Of a DNA stretch of 64,000 bases, positions 39,018-49,800 are shown one piece after another. This stretch comes from Raillietiella orientalis (taxonomy: Eukaryota): NCBI GenBank assembly GCA_036172245.1, contig JAYWIR010000027.1, positions 2,356,001-2,420,000 on the forward strand, given 5' to 3'. A program made the translations under genes and the position numbers. Numbering within the stretch: position 1 is the stretch's first letter; every line of letters begins with the position of its first letter. The notes under the pieces are model-generated. The model saw nothing but the letters and a program-made list of their open reading frames with translations, was not told where the DNA came from and did no database searches.

Positions 39018-42000
39018 ACTTCCTTCCGCCGCCGCCTCATGCCCCTCCCCCCCGATCCTGACGTGAGGTCGCGTCGCTTGCGGGACGTCTCGTTCCCCTC
39101 TTCCTCCTCTTTCTGACTCAGGGGAGGGGGGATCTCTCTCGGGGATGGCGAAGCGGACGAATGAGAAGGGGGTGGGGAGAGGTGACCCTTTCGCCGCGCG
39201 CGCGGAGATCGCCGCCCGTTGTCTAAGCACCTTCCGAATTCTCGTCCCGCGAGGCGCGGGCCGGTGGTAACTCGGCTGATGTTCCGCTCCCCCGCATCTT
39301 CTGCTTTCTCCTCCTCCCTCCCTCTCTCTCTCCCCGGGATACCAGGGCGCGTAGCTTGGGGAGTAGGAGGCGAAGGTCGCGCCAGCTGCGTCGCCTCCTG
39401 CGTACGCCCCTTCCGTCCCCCGCGTTATACCTGAATGGCGTGGCAGGGACACGCGCACGCTTTCCAAAAAAAGAAAAAGAAAACGTGCGGTATCAGCCAA
39501 CGTCGACCGCATGCGCGCGCGTGGCGCGGCTTCCCCATGACGGAAGCGCCGTTCTTCGTGCAGGCGAGGGTTCGGCGCTGCTGGCGGGTGCCCCGTCGCC
39601 AAAACCGCGCGCGCCCGCGCACCGTTTGGTTGATTGTTGGAGGGGGTGGGGGATGGGGGGAAGGAAAGAGGGAAAGGAAGCGAGCAGAAGAAGAAACTCG
39701 CGCCTGCGCGTTTTCGTCGCCACCTGCGGGTGCGCTCAGGAGAGCGCGTGCGGTAGACCCGCTGCGCAAGTTCGCGGACGTCGCCTCCCGGCCCGGTCGC
39801 CATCGGCCAGCGCCGCTCCCTCAGAAGTGCGCAGACGCCTCTTGCGGACCGCGTCTCCTAGTGGAGGAGAAGCCCTTGCTCCGGGGAGGTGGACGAAGGA
39901 GCTTGATGTGAAGGAGGTGACGCGAAGTAATCACGAGTCTCCAGCCGCGCGGAGGTGCACCGGGATGCAAGGAAGGAGAGTGCGGGCGCTTTCTGCACCT
40001 CCATCTTCTTATTCAGAAGCCTGCAAGCCCTCAGGGCGCGCTCAGGCGAGGTACCCCGGAACGAAAGAGGATGTTGTTCGGGATGCACGCGGTTTCTCCG
40101 CATCCCCCCCCTCTCCCCCCCTCCTGCCGCCGCACGCTTCTGCCTCAGACGTCCATCCCCTTGACTACGCTGCGTCTGGAAAGGGACGGAGGCTGTCCTT
40201 CCCTGGGGCCACACCTCCTCGGGCTTCGTTTCCGGTAGACGCTGGCTGCGACTCTACGCCCCCTTCTTCTGATCGGAGTTGGGGTGGGGGGCAGGATCTT
40301 GCGAAAGAACGTTCGCTCCCTCCCTCTGAGGAGGCAGCAACCCCTCGCGATTCGCCGTCGCCTCCGCAGAGCGCATGCACGTGAGGCCTGCGTCGGAACG
40401 CCGGCGAATTGCGAAAACAAACAAAACGAGCAAAAAAAAAAAAAGAGCAAAAAAATCGAAAGGGGAAAAGTGGCAACGCTGCATGCACGCGTGCCCTCCC
40501 CGATCCGCGGCCGCCTCTCTCGAGGCGGAAATTCTTGCACGCTCTGGAACGCTCGAGAAACTCCGCGCGCGCGAACACCTCCGGATGAATCCTCCCAGGG
40601 GACGTGGAATGGGGCGTTCGGCACTCAGAGGAGAGGGAAAAGCGAAGAACGCTCTTCCCTCGTCGGGGGTGGGGGTGAGAGGAGGTCACGTCACTCTGCT
40701 CCCCCCTTCCTGCAAGATAGCGACGGGAGAGGGCCGGAAGCGCTTGGCCTCCTCCTCTTCAAAATTGCGCGCACGTAGTCGGCGAGCGAGCGACGTGGGT
40801 TGCCATGCAACCGGCGAAGGAGAGGCGAAGCGGTCCCCAGATCGGACCGGAAGGAAGGGATGAACCGAAGACTTTCAGGGACGAAACAGGTAGACGGAGC
40901 TGAGTCCCCAGGGAGGAGGGGGAAAAGGCACCCTGCCCGCCCAGGAGGTGCCTCAGTGGCACCTCCCCATGCGCGCACGAGCGCAACGAAGCCGTCGGGT
41001 GCGTTCCTGGCGCCAGGAGAAAGATGGCGCGCCGGCTCGAGACCGGCCGAGGAGAGAGGCGGAGCGGAAGGCGTGGCCGGGCCTTGGGCCGTCGCCTCAG
41101 AGGCTTCGCGCCGCTGTCCCCGGGTCTGCCTCCCTGAGACGCTGCATCTGGCGCCATCAGGGACGACATGCCCGTCGGGCGGCTCCGGGGCTGGAGTGGG
41201 AGCTCCTCGCTCGGCTCCCACAGACGCCGAGGGCCATGATCGGAGGGCGCGCGTCCCTTGGGAGACGCTGCACCCTCTACTCATCTCGCAAGGGCGGGGG
41301 CGCGCGTTGCGGCGAAGAGACGGGGGGGCGTTGTGCTGGGAAACCCCGAATGGACCCACCGGCGCGCGCTGCTCCGAGGTGCCCGGACCCACGGCATGGC
41401 TACGGGAGAGAAAAGCTCGGAGACTGGAAGGGCTGCCGCAGCTCCCTTCCTCCGCAGGGGACGCTGGCGGCGGAGCAGATGCGCGAGACTCGGCAGCAAG
41501 AGTGCCGTCATGCGGAGCGGATCCTTCCTTTCGTGCGCCGCTCTTCCCCCCCAATGCCAAGAATGGACGAGCGCTAGCCGATGAGGAGCAGGAATGCCGC
41601 CCCCCATCCAGGCGCAGACGGATCCGCGAGGGCGGGGTAGGGAGCCGGACCTGCGCTCGCTCGTCCCGCAGAGCCCCTTGTGGCCCTCTGAACTCGCCAT
41701 TTCTAAGTCCCCTTTCCCTCCCCCTTGTGTTTGCAGATGCGGTCAGGAGGACCCTGTTCTGATGATGACCCATCCGTGCTGGCAGCCACTCGAGGAGCCC
41801 GGGAGGCCCGCCCGATAGGAAGTCCCGCCCCCGGGGCCATTCCGAGGGTGGTTGGCGCGGCGGGAACTCCCGAGGGGGACTGCGGCTCCGACGCCTCTGT
41901 TGGCGCTCACAGGTCGATGGTGGCCGTGGCGGCGCGAGGACCGGCTCCTGCCCTCCTCCCGAGGGGCGTTGGGCTCCCAGGAAGAAGGGCGCACAGCGGC

Positions 42001-44019
42001 AGTCCGACGATCCCGCGCTTCGGACGCGCCCCTCCCGTTGCTACAGCGACCGCTGCCGGAGTCCCGGGAATCAGCAAGGGGTCGCAACCTCCCGAATAAA
42101 GAGAGCACGTGGAGGGCACTCATGCAGTCCCATGGCTAGGATAAGGGAGGGAGGAGAACCAGTGACCGGACTGCACGGATCTGCCTATCGTATGTCCCGG
42201 GGGGCAGCCTAAGGAGGAGAACCCTGTCCCAGGGGATGGCGGCGGCGAGTCGAGAGAGAGGGAAGAGTGGGGCGACGCCTCGTCTCGGGGCGAAACCGCT
42301 GCCGAGAGGGACCCGAGAAGCAGGGAGATCAACTAGGGACCTCGGCGCTGATGAGGGAGCAGGAAGAAGAGGTCCCAGGAGCGGCACTCATGCTGAGCAC
42401 GAAGGTGGAGGGACGGATGCTCTCCACCGCCCCATCGAGACGCTATTCGGGGAGGGGAGCCCTTCCGCCCTCCCTCTCTTCGTGAGCGGGAGGAGTGGCT
42501 GGGATCGGCCCCGCTGCTCCCGAGCGCATCGCGGGACCTGGGACGCGAGAGGCTGGACGAGCCTGCAGGAAAGTCCATCCCGAAGCAGGGCTGGCGCCCG
42601 CGTCGGGAGGAGGAGACCCCGAATGTTCCATGGAGAAAAGTCCGATCACCTTGGAAGCGGGAGAATTCCGGGAACGAAGGGGGAGGCAGACTGGAGGGGC
42701 GCCAGTATCCTTGAAGGGGAGCGACCGCAGGATGACCCGGGTACTTTCCCTCCTCCTCCTTGGACCTATCCCACTCAGGAAGATGAGGAAGGAAGGAGGG
42801 GAAGCAGTACCTGAGTGTGAGGAGAAAGAGCGATCTCCCTTCCCCAGGTCGGGACCCTCCGGCTGAAGCGGACGGGTCTCGTCTCGTCCCGAGCATCTCC
42901 CTTCTTTCCCGCCCACTGCGCCCCACCTTTTCGGGAATGTCGCCGACCTTCCTTCCCACACACTGCCGATGGAGGGAAGGCCAGGAGGAAGGGGGTGAGG
43001 AGGTGAGAGAACTTCACTAAAGTGGCGGGAGGCCGCTCCCCCCCCCCTCCTCCTTTCCCTTCCCCGGCGTGGTCCGATTGAGCCGTGGCTTCGCGGGCGG
43101 GCACGCTTGGGACACGCCTTGACTCGAAGGCTGCGCGCGCCCAGATCACCTTCCCGGACTGCGGCCATTTCCAAGAACTGCGCTCTTCCCTCGCAGCAGC
43201 CCCTCTTCCTCGAAAAGGGGGACTCCCCACTTTGCAGCAGTCTCTCTTCCCTGTGGGCCGGCGCAAGTGCACTGCGGCGCAGGGTGGGCGGTGCGGGAGG
43301 GTGGGACATAATATCCGTGCACCCAGAGTGGCGCCAGAGAGCCCGGTTTCGCAATGTCGGAGTGCGTGGATGCCGTGGATGGCAACGGCATGGTCACGAA
43401 AGACGGAGACCCCCACCTATGTTTCTTTTGCCTGTGACGGCGTACACAGTTGCGGATTCCTCCCTCAAGGATAGCCGTCAGGAGCGCTCGTTTTCCGCAT
43501 TCAACGCTCGCCGTCAACGGCATTTGTTTCTCAGGGATGTCACAACTTCCTAGAGGGATGTTGCAGTGCAGAGAAGCGCGGTGGCGAAATCTCCTGGCAT
43601 TTTCTCCTCAAGATTGTTTTTCGAAATCCAGAATGAACCCGCAAATGGGGGAGCGAGGGATGTGAGGTAAAGGAAACCGAAAAAAAAATCGGGAACAGAT
43701 GAAATGGAAGGAAGCGAAAAGGTGCTCGAGAGACAAATGATCGGCAATAAATGAAAGGAAGATTCCATTCGTAGGTCTGCTTCTGCTCCCTACTCCCTAG
43801 TTATTAATTCGGTTTCGCGTGTTCCAAATGATCGTGAGTTCCATTTTCGCTTGCGTTCATGCTGTCGGGTTTGTACGTGTGTGTGTGTCTGTTCCTCCCT
43901 TCGAGTACTTCTTTTACTTCTGGTCCATTCTTAACAGAGTCGATTTCTGTTGGATCGTCCACAGTACGAACGGTTGGCCAACACAGCATGTCCACTACTT
44001 CTGTTTACTTTTCCACATA

Positions 44020-44200
44020 GCAACAAACATTCACCCTTACAAAGACAACGATTCGAATCTTAATTTGGCCATGTATTTGCATATCTCAATCTCTGTTTCA
44101 TTTCTACTGGTAGGGAATTTTTTCTAAAATTTCCATCCGTTCCGGAACATCATCCCATCTACCAGCATCGTTCCATTTCCTTCTCATAAAACCACCACCA
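44020..44200 (+). pseudogene. nad3: Possible nad3 remnant within the NUMT
   Basis: With stops and one frameshift it reads RFES*FGHVF/LHISISVSFLLVGNFF*NFH, resembling the ND3 core FECGF...SIxFFLxxIxFxIFD. Heavily decayed. Confidence 0.35.
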
Positions 44201-44569
44201 TCCTCATTGATATTCATACCGCTTTCCATGACACCATGCTTATTAACATTCATACTGCTTTCCAGAAAATCATCCCGTTTCCTTGCCAAAACACCAAAAA
44301 AATCAAGATCAATCACTCACTCATCAACCCAACATAAATTCTCAATACCATCAAATTTCATTGACCCTTAGGTTTATCTCTACCAGAAAACGCCCTAACC
44401 TCCCCAACATCACCATTTCCAAACTTGGCAAACTTCCTACAATGCACTCTCTATAAACACAAACTTCCACAACCTGTGTTCCCATCTCTATAACCATTTC
44501 CAATCCACACTTACACTGTTAGTCTCTCCAAGCACCCATCACCTCGAATTAAACTCATGCCAATACGTT

Positions 44570-44949
44570 CCCTTGCATAATCATAATCATGATGATATCC
44601 CTCCTGTTCTGATCCTACACCAATAGCCCTCCTACTCGGAATTACTTGTCTGTCCATCACCATTCTCGTTAGCTTTCTTTCCATGGTGTGATATGCCATC
44701 ATTCTCTCTACCTCGTTTACGTTGGAGACATTCTCATCATCTTTCCTCACATAGCATTTTTAACTACTCAGATTATACATATAGCATCAGTTTCATTTAG
44801 CTCTTTAATATCCGAACCATGAATATCGATTTTCAATTAATTCTACTTTGATACGAAAGATAAATACACTTAGTGCTCTCCTTCTACTTACGAGCTCATT
44901 TTGAATACCATTCCCTATCACTATTCAGTCAATCCGCCACCAAGAATAG
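44570..44949 (+). pseudogene. nad6: Mitochondrial nad6 pseudogene (frameshifted)
   Basis: In the invertebrate mitochondrial code it reads MIMIMMMSLLFWS/TPMALLLGITCLSITILVSFLSMVWYAIIL/YLVYVGDILIIFPHMA. This matches the ND6 signature P....W...ILFLxYxGGxLxxFxY, with TGA read as Trp and at least two frameshifts. Confidence 0.75.
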
Positions 44950-45024
44950 TGTCTCATAACACAACAGAACAATCCATAGTTATCAACATCAAGACAATGA
45001 TCAGTTTCAACAAATCTCATCCCC

Positions 45025-45700
45025 TTCCCTAGATACGCCTGCCGGTAGGTCATCTATGCTTCGTCTTATCTAATCTAACACCAGAGTGACGGGAGATTTG
45101 TGCTCAATGGCTTCATTATTCAACCTTCTTTCTTCAAGAAATCTACAATTAAATCCCGTTTGAATACAAATTACATTCATAAATCCAAATTCCACATACC
45201 GTAGTTGACTCGCATCCCTTTTCGTGCTGCATATTGATTAGAACTCCTTGATTACTCTTTTCTGGGAAAATTATTCACTCCTGAATGATGAAAATGACCA
45301 TATGCAAACACTAAAAAGGTGAGATCCCCGTAGATTATCAATTACTGAGTGAAATCCCCTAATAATTCTCACCAACTCTGAATCATGTAAATCTCCTTCC
45401 TCATCTCAATATCCATTATTTATACTAAAGTACGCAATTCTACTTTGTAAACAATAACTTAAATCTTTATAATACCTACACATGAAACCCATTTTTCCTA
45501 TCGAATCAAGAGAAAGCAACATTAATTCAATTCTTACGTTTAACTGCTGGCACGTAATTAGCAAAATATTCTTGCAATTACCTGTTCAGATTTTCCTCTA
45601 TACTCAAAATTAAGCACTACTCATCTACACTCTTTGAAATTCATATGTATCTCATTACGTGAGCTAACGGTAAATCGTAAGCAAAAATTATGCCAACAGC
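45025..45700 (-). pseudogene. rrnS: Mitochondrial small-subunit (12S) rRNA pseudogene
   Basis: The + strand carries reverse-complement SSU landmarks. CTAGATACGCCTGCCGGTAGGTCATCTATGCTTCGTCTTATCT resembles the 12S 3' end CTAGATACACTTTCCAGTAC...CTATGTTACGACTTATCT. GAGTGACGGGAGATTTGTGC is at 45084-45103 and CTGCTGGCAC at 45544-45553. The ~460-nt spacing of the last two is far shorter than in bacterial 16S. The 5' end is estimated. Confidence 0.85.
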
Positions 45701-46845
45701 CAAAGCATAATGGAAACCTAAACTCAATACATACATTTCTGCCATATTAATAAATTAATTGATTTATTCATAAGTAGTTCACAATCTATCAAGAATTCAC
45801 CTTGTTTGTTGTGAACAAGATGCCCTCATTAAACTATTTCTTAAGGGTTTTATGCAACTTCATTTAAAATTTACTTCATCCAACGTGAAGGTAAATAGGT
45901 AAACCGATTCAGAAAGTGAAATTGAAAGCCTGAATTCTTGTACGGCATTTATTCACCGTTCCTCACCCTTCAGATACAAAACTGCACTGTTCACCAAGCG
46001 AATAATTATCCAACTCAGTTGGAATATAAAGTATAAATCTTAGAGTTTCACCCAAAGTCCTGAACAAGGAGATAGAGTGAGTGTGCCTCATACGTATTTG
46101 GTTATGGTAGTTGGATGCAGTTATAGTTAAGCATCTATATATACCTAAGAGAAAAAAAATGCTGCAAAATTAAATTACTTTTTCACAAATTTAGTCTATA
46201 GGTTATTCTCTTTAAAAAAATGATGGGAGAGACTCTTTTAGGCACAATTTCCATGATAACTGCATAAATTGAAACTTAATGATTGGTACTTCTTGATGCC
46301 TTTCGGTGGTGGAGCATGTCGATAAGTAATTTTGACCTTCGTAATTAGTATTCTCTCAAATGATGTTGCAAATGAGTGATCGGTGCATGAACTCATGCTG
46401 CACTTTGTAATCATTTTGCTCAAGCAGCTGTAAAACATGTAAAGAGATGCGCAGGTTGATACGAGTAGATTTATCAGAAACTGAGAATCGATAATTAAAA
46501 ATTCAGCCACAAGAATTTAGATTTGTGTAATGCATTTGAAACTAAAACACACATTATTATCTATGGCAATTACAGAAAGCACATGAAGCGAATGGAATGT
46601 TTTCTGAAACTGGAGGAGAGAGTAAAAACGCTGATAAGAGAATTGAAACATCCGTGAAGCAGTTGTGTTTAATCGGGAGTGTGCGATGTATTTGCATGTA
46701 GTCTTGGTTGACTGCTCTGAGTAATGTGCACTGAATATTTACAGAGAAGACTGTCATTTGATAAAATATTGCATCATGTATACAGAGTGGTTATTGGAAG
46801 TACAGTACATAATTTATGATTCATGTGTACATTGATTTCATAATC

Positions 46846-49800
46846 ATGGATAGTAATCTTGTGAAGGATGAAAAATGTTTTGACCTGAAGTGTGCAAAAA
46901 GTCCTATAAATAATTGGCCAAATAATAAGGATGCATATGAATTACGCGATGTAATAGGTAATGTTGATCAATTCTTTTCTTGTATACCAAGAATTCACAG
47001 TTTTTAAAATTAGGAGAATTTTCGAAATTGATTGTGTTGATGCTTTGGAATATCATTTTTAAATTAGAATGCCTGTTGAGCGTATGTGCATGCTTATACG
47101 CAAGCATTAGTAGCTTATGTTAAGCAGTACATCAATGAAAGAGTGTAGTAAGGACGGTGGAGTGTTGCCTGTTTTCATGTTTATTGGAAATCGAAGTGTT
47201 CTAACTTTTTGTTAATTTTTATTAAAAGGCTACGGAGCCACCGCGGTTGTATATGCAGCATGGTGCCCCTCCAGGAAAGAGGAATGTGCAATCAAACGAA
47301 TAAATTTAGAAAAATGTAACACTAGTATGGATGAATTGCTGGTAAATTGCAAAGTTATTTGTTTATCTTTGAGTTGAGAGCTTCGTTTTAAATATTATTT
47401 TTTTTTATTTCTCTAGAAAGAAATTCAAGTTATGTCAATGTGTAATCATGAAAATGTAGTTACTTATTATACTAGTTTTGTGGTTCAAGAAGAACTTTGG
47501 CTAATTTTGGGATTACTCCGAGGAGGTTCTCTTTTAGATGTGATAAAATATAGGATAAAAACACAAAACTGTACTAATGGCGTTTTTGATGAAACCATTA
47601 TAGCAACTGTTTTAAAAGAAGTGTTGAAAGCTCTAGAATATTTCCATACAAATGGCCAGATTCATAGGTGAGTGCATGGTTTTCATTGGCATATCGTCTT
47701 TTTTTTTTGTTGTCAAAAAAGAACCTTGAAAATGAATCGGATTTTAGAATAATTGTTGGTATCTAACGGAAACTTTTTATGTATGTATCTATTCACCGTA
47801 TTGAAAAACTTGGTAACAATTAGTGAAAACTGAGCTAATTATAGAATGCAGTATTGTAGTTTCTGGTTATTATCAGAGAACAAATGGTTCTGGATAGATA
47901 TTGCATGCTTTAGTTCAGTTTTAAAATGCTGCTCACAATCAAAAAAGTGCCTCTGTGTTTGTTGTATTTTATTATATCCTTATAGTTACATAAGTTTTGT
48001 ATTTCACCCAAATTTATTTAAAGGGATATAAAAGCAGGAAATATACTGCTTGGAGAAGATGGAAGTATACAAATAGCTGACTTTGGAGTAAGTGCATGGT
48101 TGGCAGCAAGAGGAGATATGTCAAGAGAAAAATCAAGGCATACTTTTGTGGGTACACCTTGTTGGATGGCTCCTGAAGTAATGGCCCAAGTAGGTATTAT
48201 TGGTTAGTGATCTTTCATAATTCTTGAAATGTTAGGAAAAAGGATATGATTTCAAAGCAGATATTTGGTCATTCGGTATAACTGCTATTGAACTGGCTAC
48301 AGGGACAGCACCCTATCATTCTTGTCCTCCAATGAAAGTATTAATGCTAACTTTGCAAAATGACCCTCCTACATTAGATACTGGAGCAGTAGAGAAAGAC
48401 CAGTATAAGAATTATGGCAAAACTTTCAGAAAACTAATAGCTGATTGTCTTCAGAAAGATCCCACAAAAAGGTATTGTTTTTGTCTGACAGAACAATATA
48501 TCAAGATTTTGAGGATACAGTAATTTTTGCATTAAATGTTTTTTTTTTATTCAACTGTTGCATGATTTTTGCTGCTTTCAAGAGTTGTGTATGTGTGTCT
48601 ATGCTTTCATCTTTTTACCAATAATGTACGTTTGACGAGATGAATTATTGTTTGTGATGGATTATACTGTTATTAAGTTTAGAAATACAAGAATGATGTT
48701 TTCAGAGTATGAATCAAATTTTTGTCATGCACTGATGTAGAGCAATAGTTAAGCAATTAATTAGTTATTCAAAAACTTTCAGGCCTACAGCAACCGAATT
48801 ATTGAAACATCCCTTTTTCAAAAAGGGCAAAAGTAGGAAGGAGTTGAAGGAGTATTTTGAAAGCACTGGAGTACCCTTGGATAAAGGATATCAGAAAGTA
48901 CTAGGATGCATTGAAACATTGAAATCAAGTGCCTTAATGACCTTTTCTTTTATTTTTTCAAGATGAAGAACTGCAAAAAGCATGGCGGTAATTCTGGGAA
49001 ACGACTCAACAATGATGCAGGAGACTGGACTTGGGATTCAGATGAAGAAAGGGGAAGAGCTGTACGATTTTATTTAAAATACATGGTTTCATCTGTAACT
49101 TTATAGTTTAATTATTCCCATGATTTGAACATTGTTGTAGTAACTGTTTTCAGTACCGAAATGATTTCAATTGTTTCTCTTTTAATATGTCACTTAATGT
49201 TGTTACTTGGTTTCAATTTTTGTAAATTCAACGTTTTTCTGTGTCTATGATTTGTAAAAGTTTTGCTTCTGCAAGTATATGTGTATTTGGAACTGCCTTC
49301 ATTTTTACAAATTCTATGTCTTGCATGTAAATCATTTCTTTGTTTCAAACCATAGTTCGATTATGACAAGTTCTCTTAAGGTATGCATGTTTTAATTCAT
49401 TTTCTAATCAGCACACTTTATGTCTTTGATTGCATAATTACAAAGCAGTAGCATTTTTAAGGTGATTAGAAGGATTTTCTCTGTTTATCATAGTGATGGA
49501 AGTAATTCATCTTTTTTGCAGTCTTTCATAATTAAGTTCGAAGTTTTCGAGAATTTCTCTCATTAGTGACAGCTCTTCCTCTCTTTTCACATTTGCATTG
49601 CACAGGTACATGTGCTGTGTCCATGTGTGCAGTTAGCAAATTCCTGAAACCTGAAGCTCATGGGACATAGTTCCATAAACAAGAATTGTCCAGAAATTCT
49701 TGAAAAAAGCTTTCAGGGAAATGAACAATAGATTCGAATACCAAGTAATTCAGATTGGAAACATGAAAAATATAAGTTCAATTTTTAGTATTGAGTATTG

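Larger units (their letters stand above)
43990..46070. other. Nuclear mitochondrial DNA insertion (NUMT), decayed; boundaries approximate
   Basis: Abrupt switch to A/C-rich, G-poor composition. Contains a frameshifted nad6-like sequence and 12S rRNA conserved blocks. Confidence 0.85.

Noticed and set aside
38340..43416. Long ORF-track entries (487, 360, 320 and 303 aa)
   Set aside because: Arg/Gly/Pro/Ala-rich translations crossing homopolymer runs are expected from stop-codon scarcity at high GC.
45025..45700. Bacterial 16S rRNA (endosymbiont transfer or contamination)
   Set aside because: The spacing between universal motifs (~460 nt) is about half that of bacterial 16S, and the adjacent nad6-like sequence uses the mitochondrial code.
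45780..46070. Mitochondrial 16S rRNA or tRNA remnants
   Set aside because: Only weak partial motif resemblances were found, and no cloverleaf or conserved block could be confirmed.
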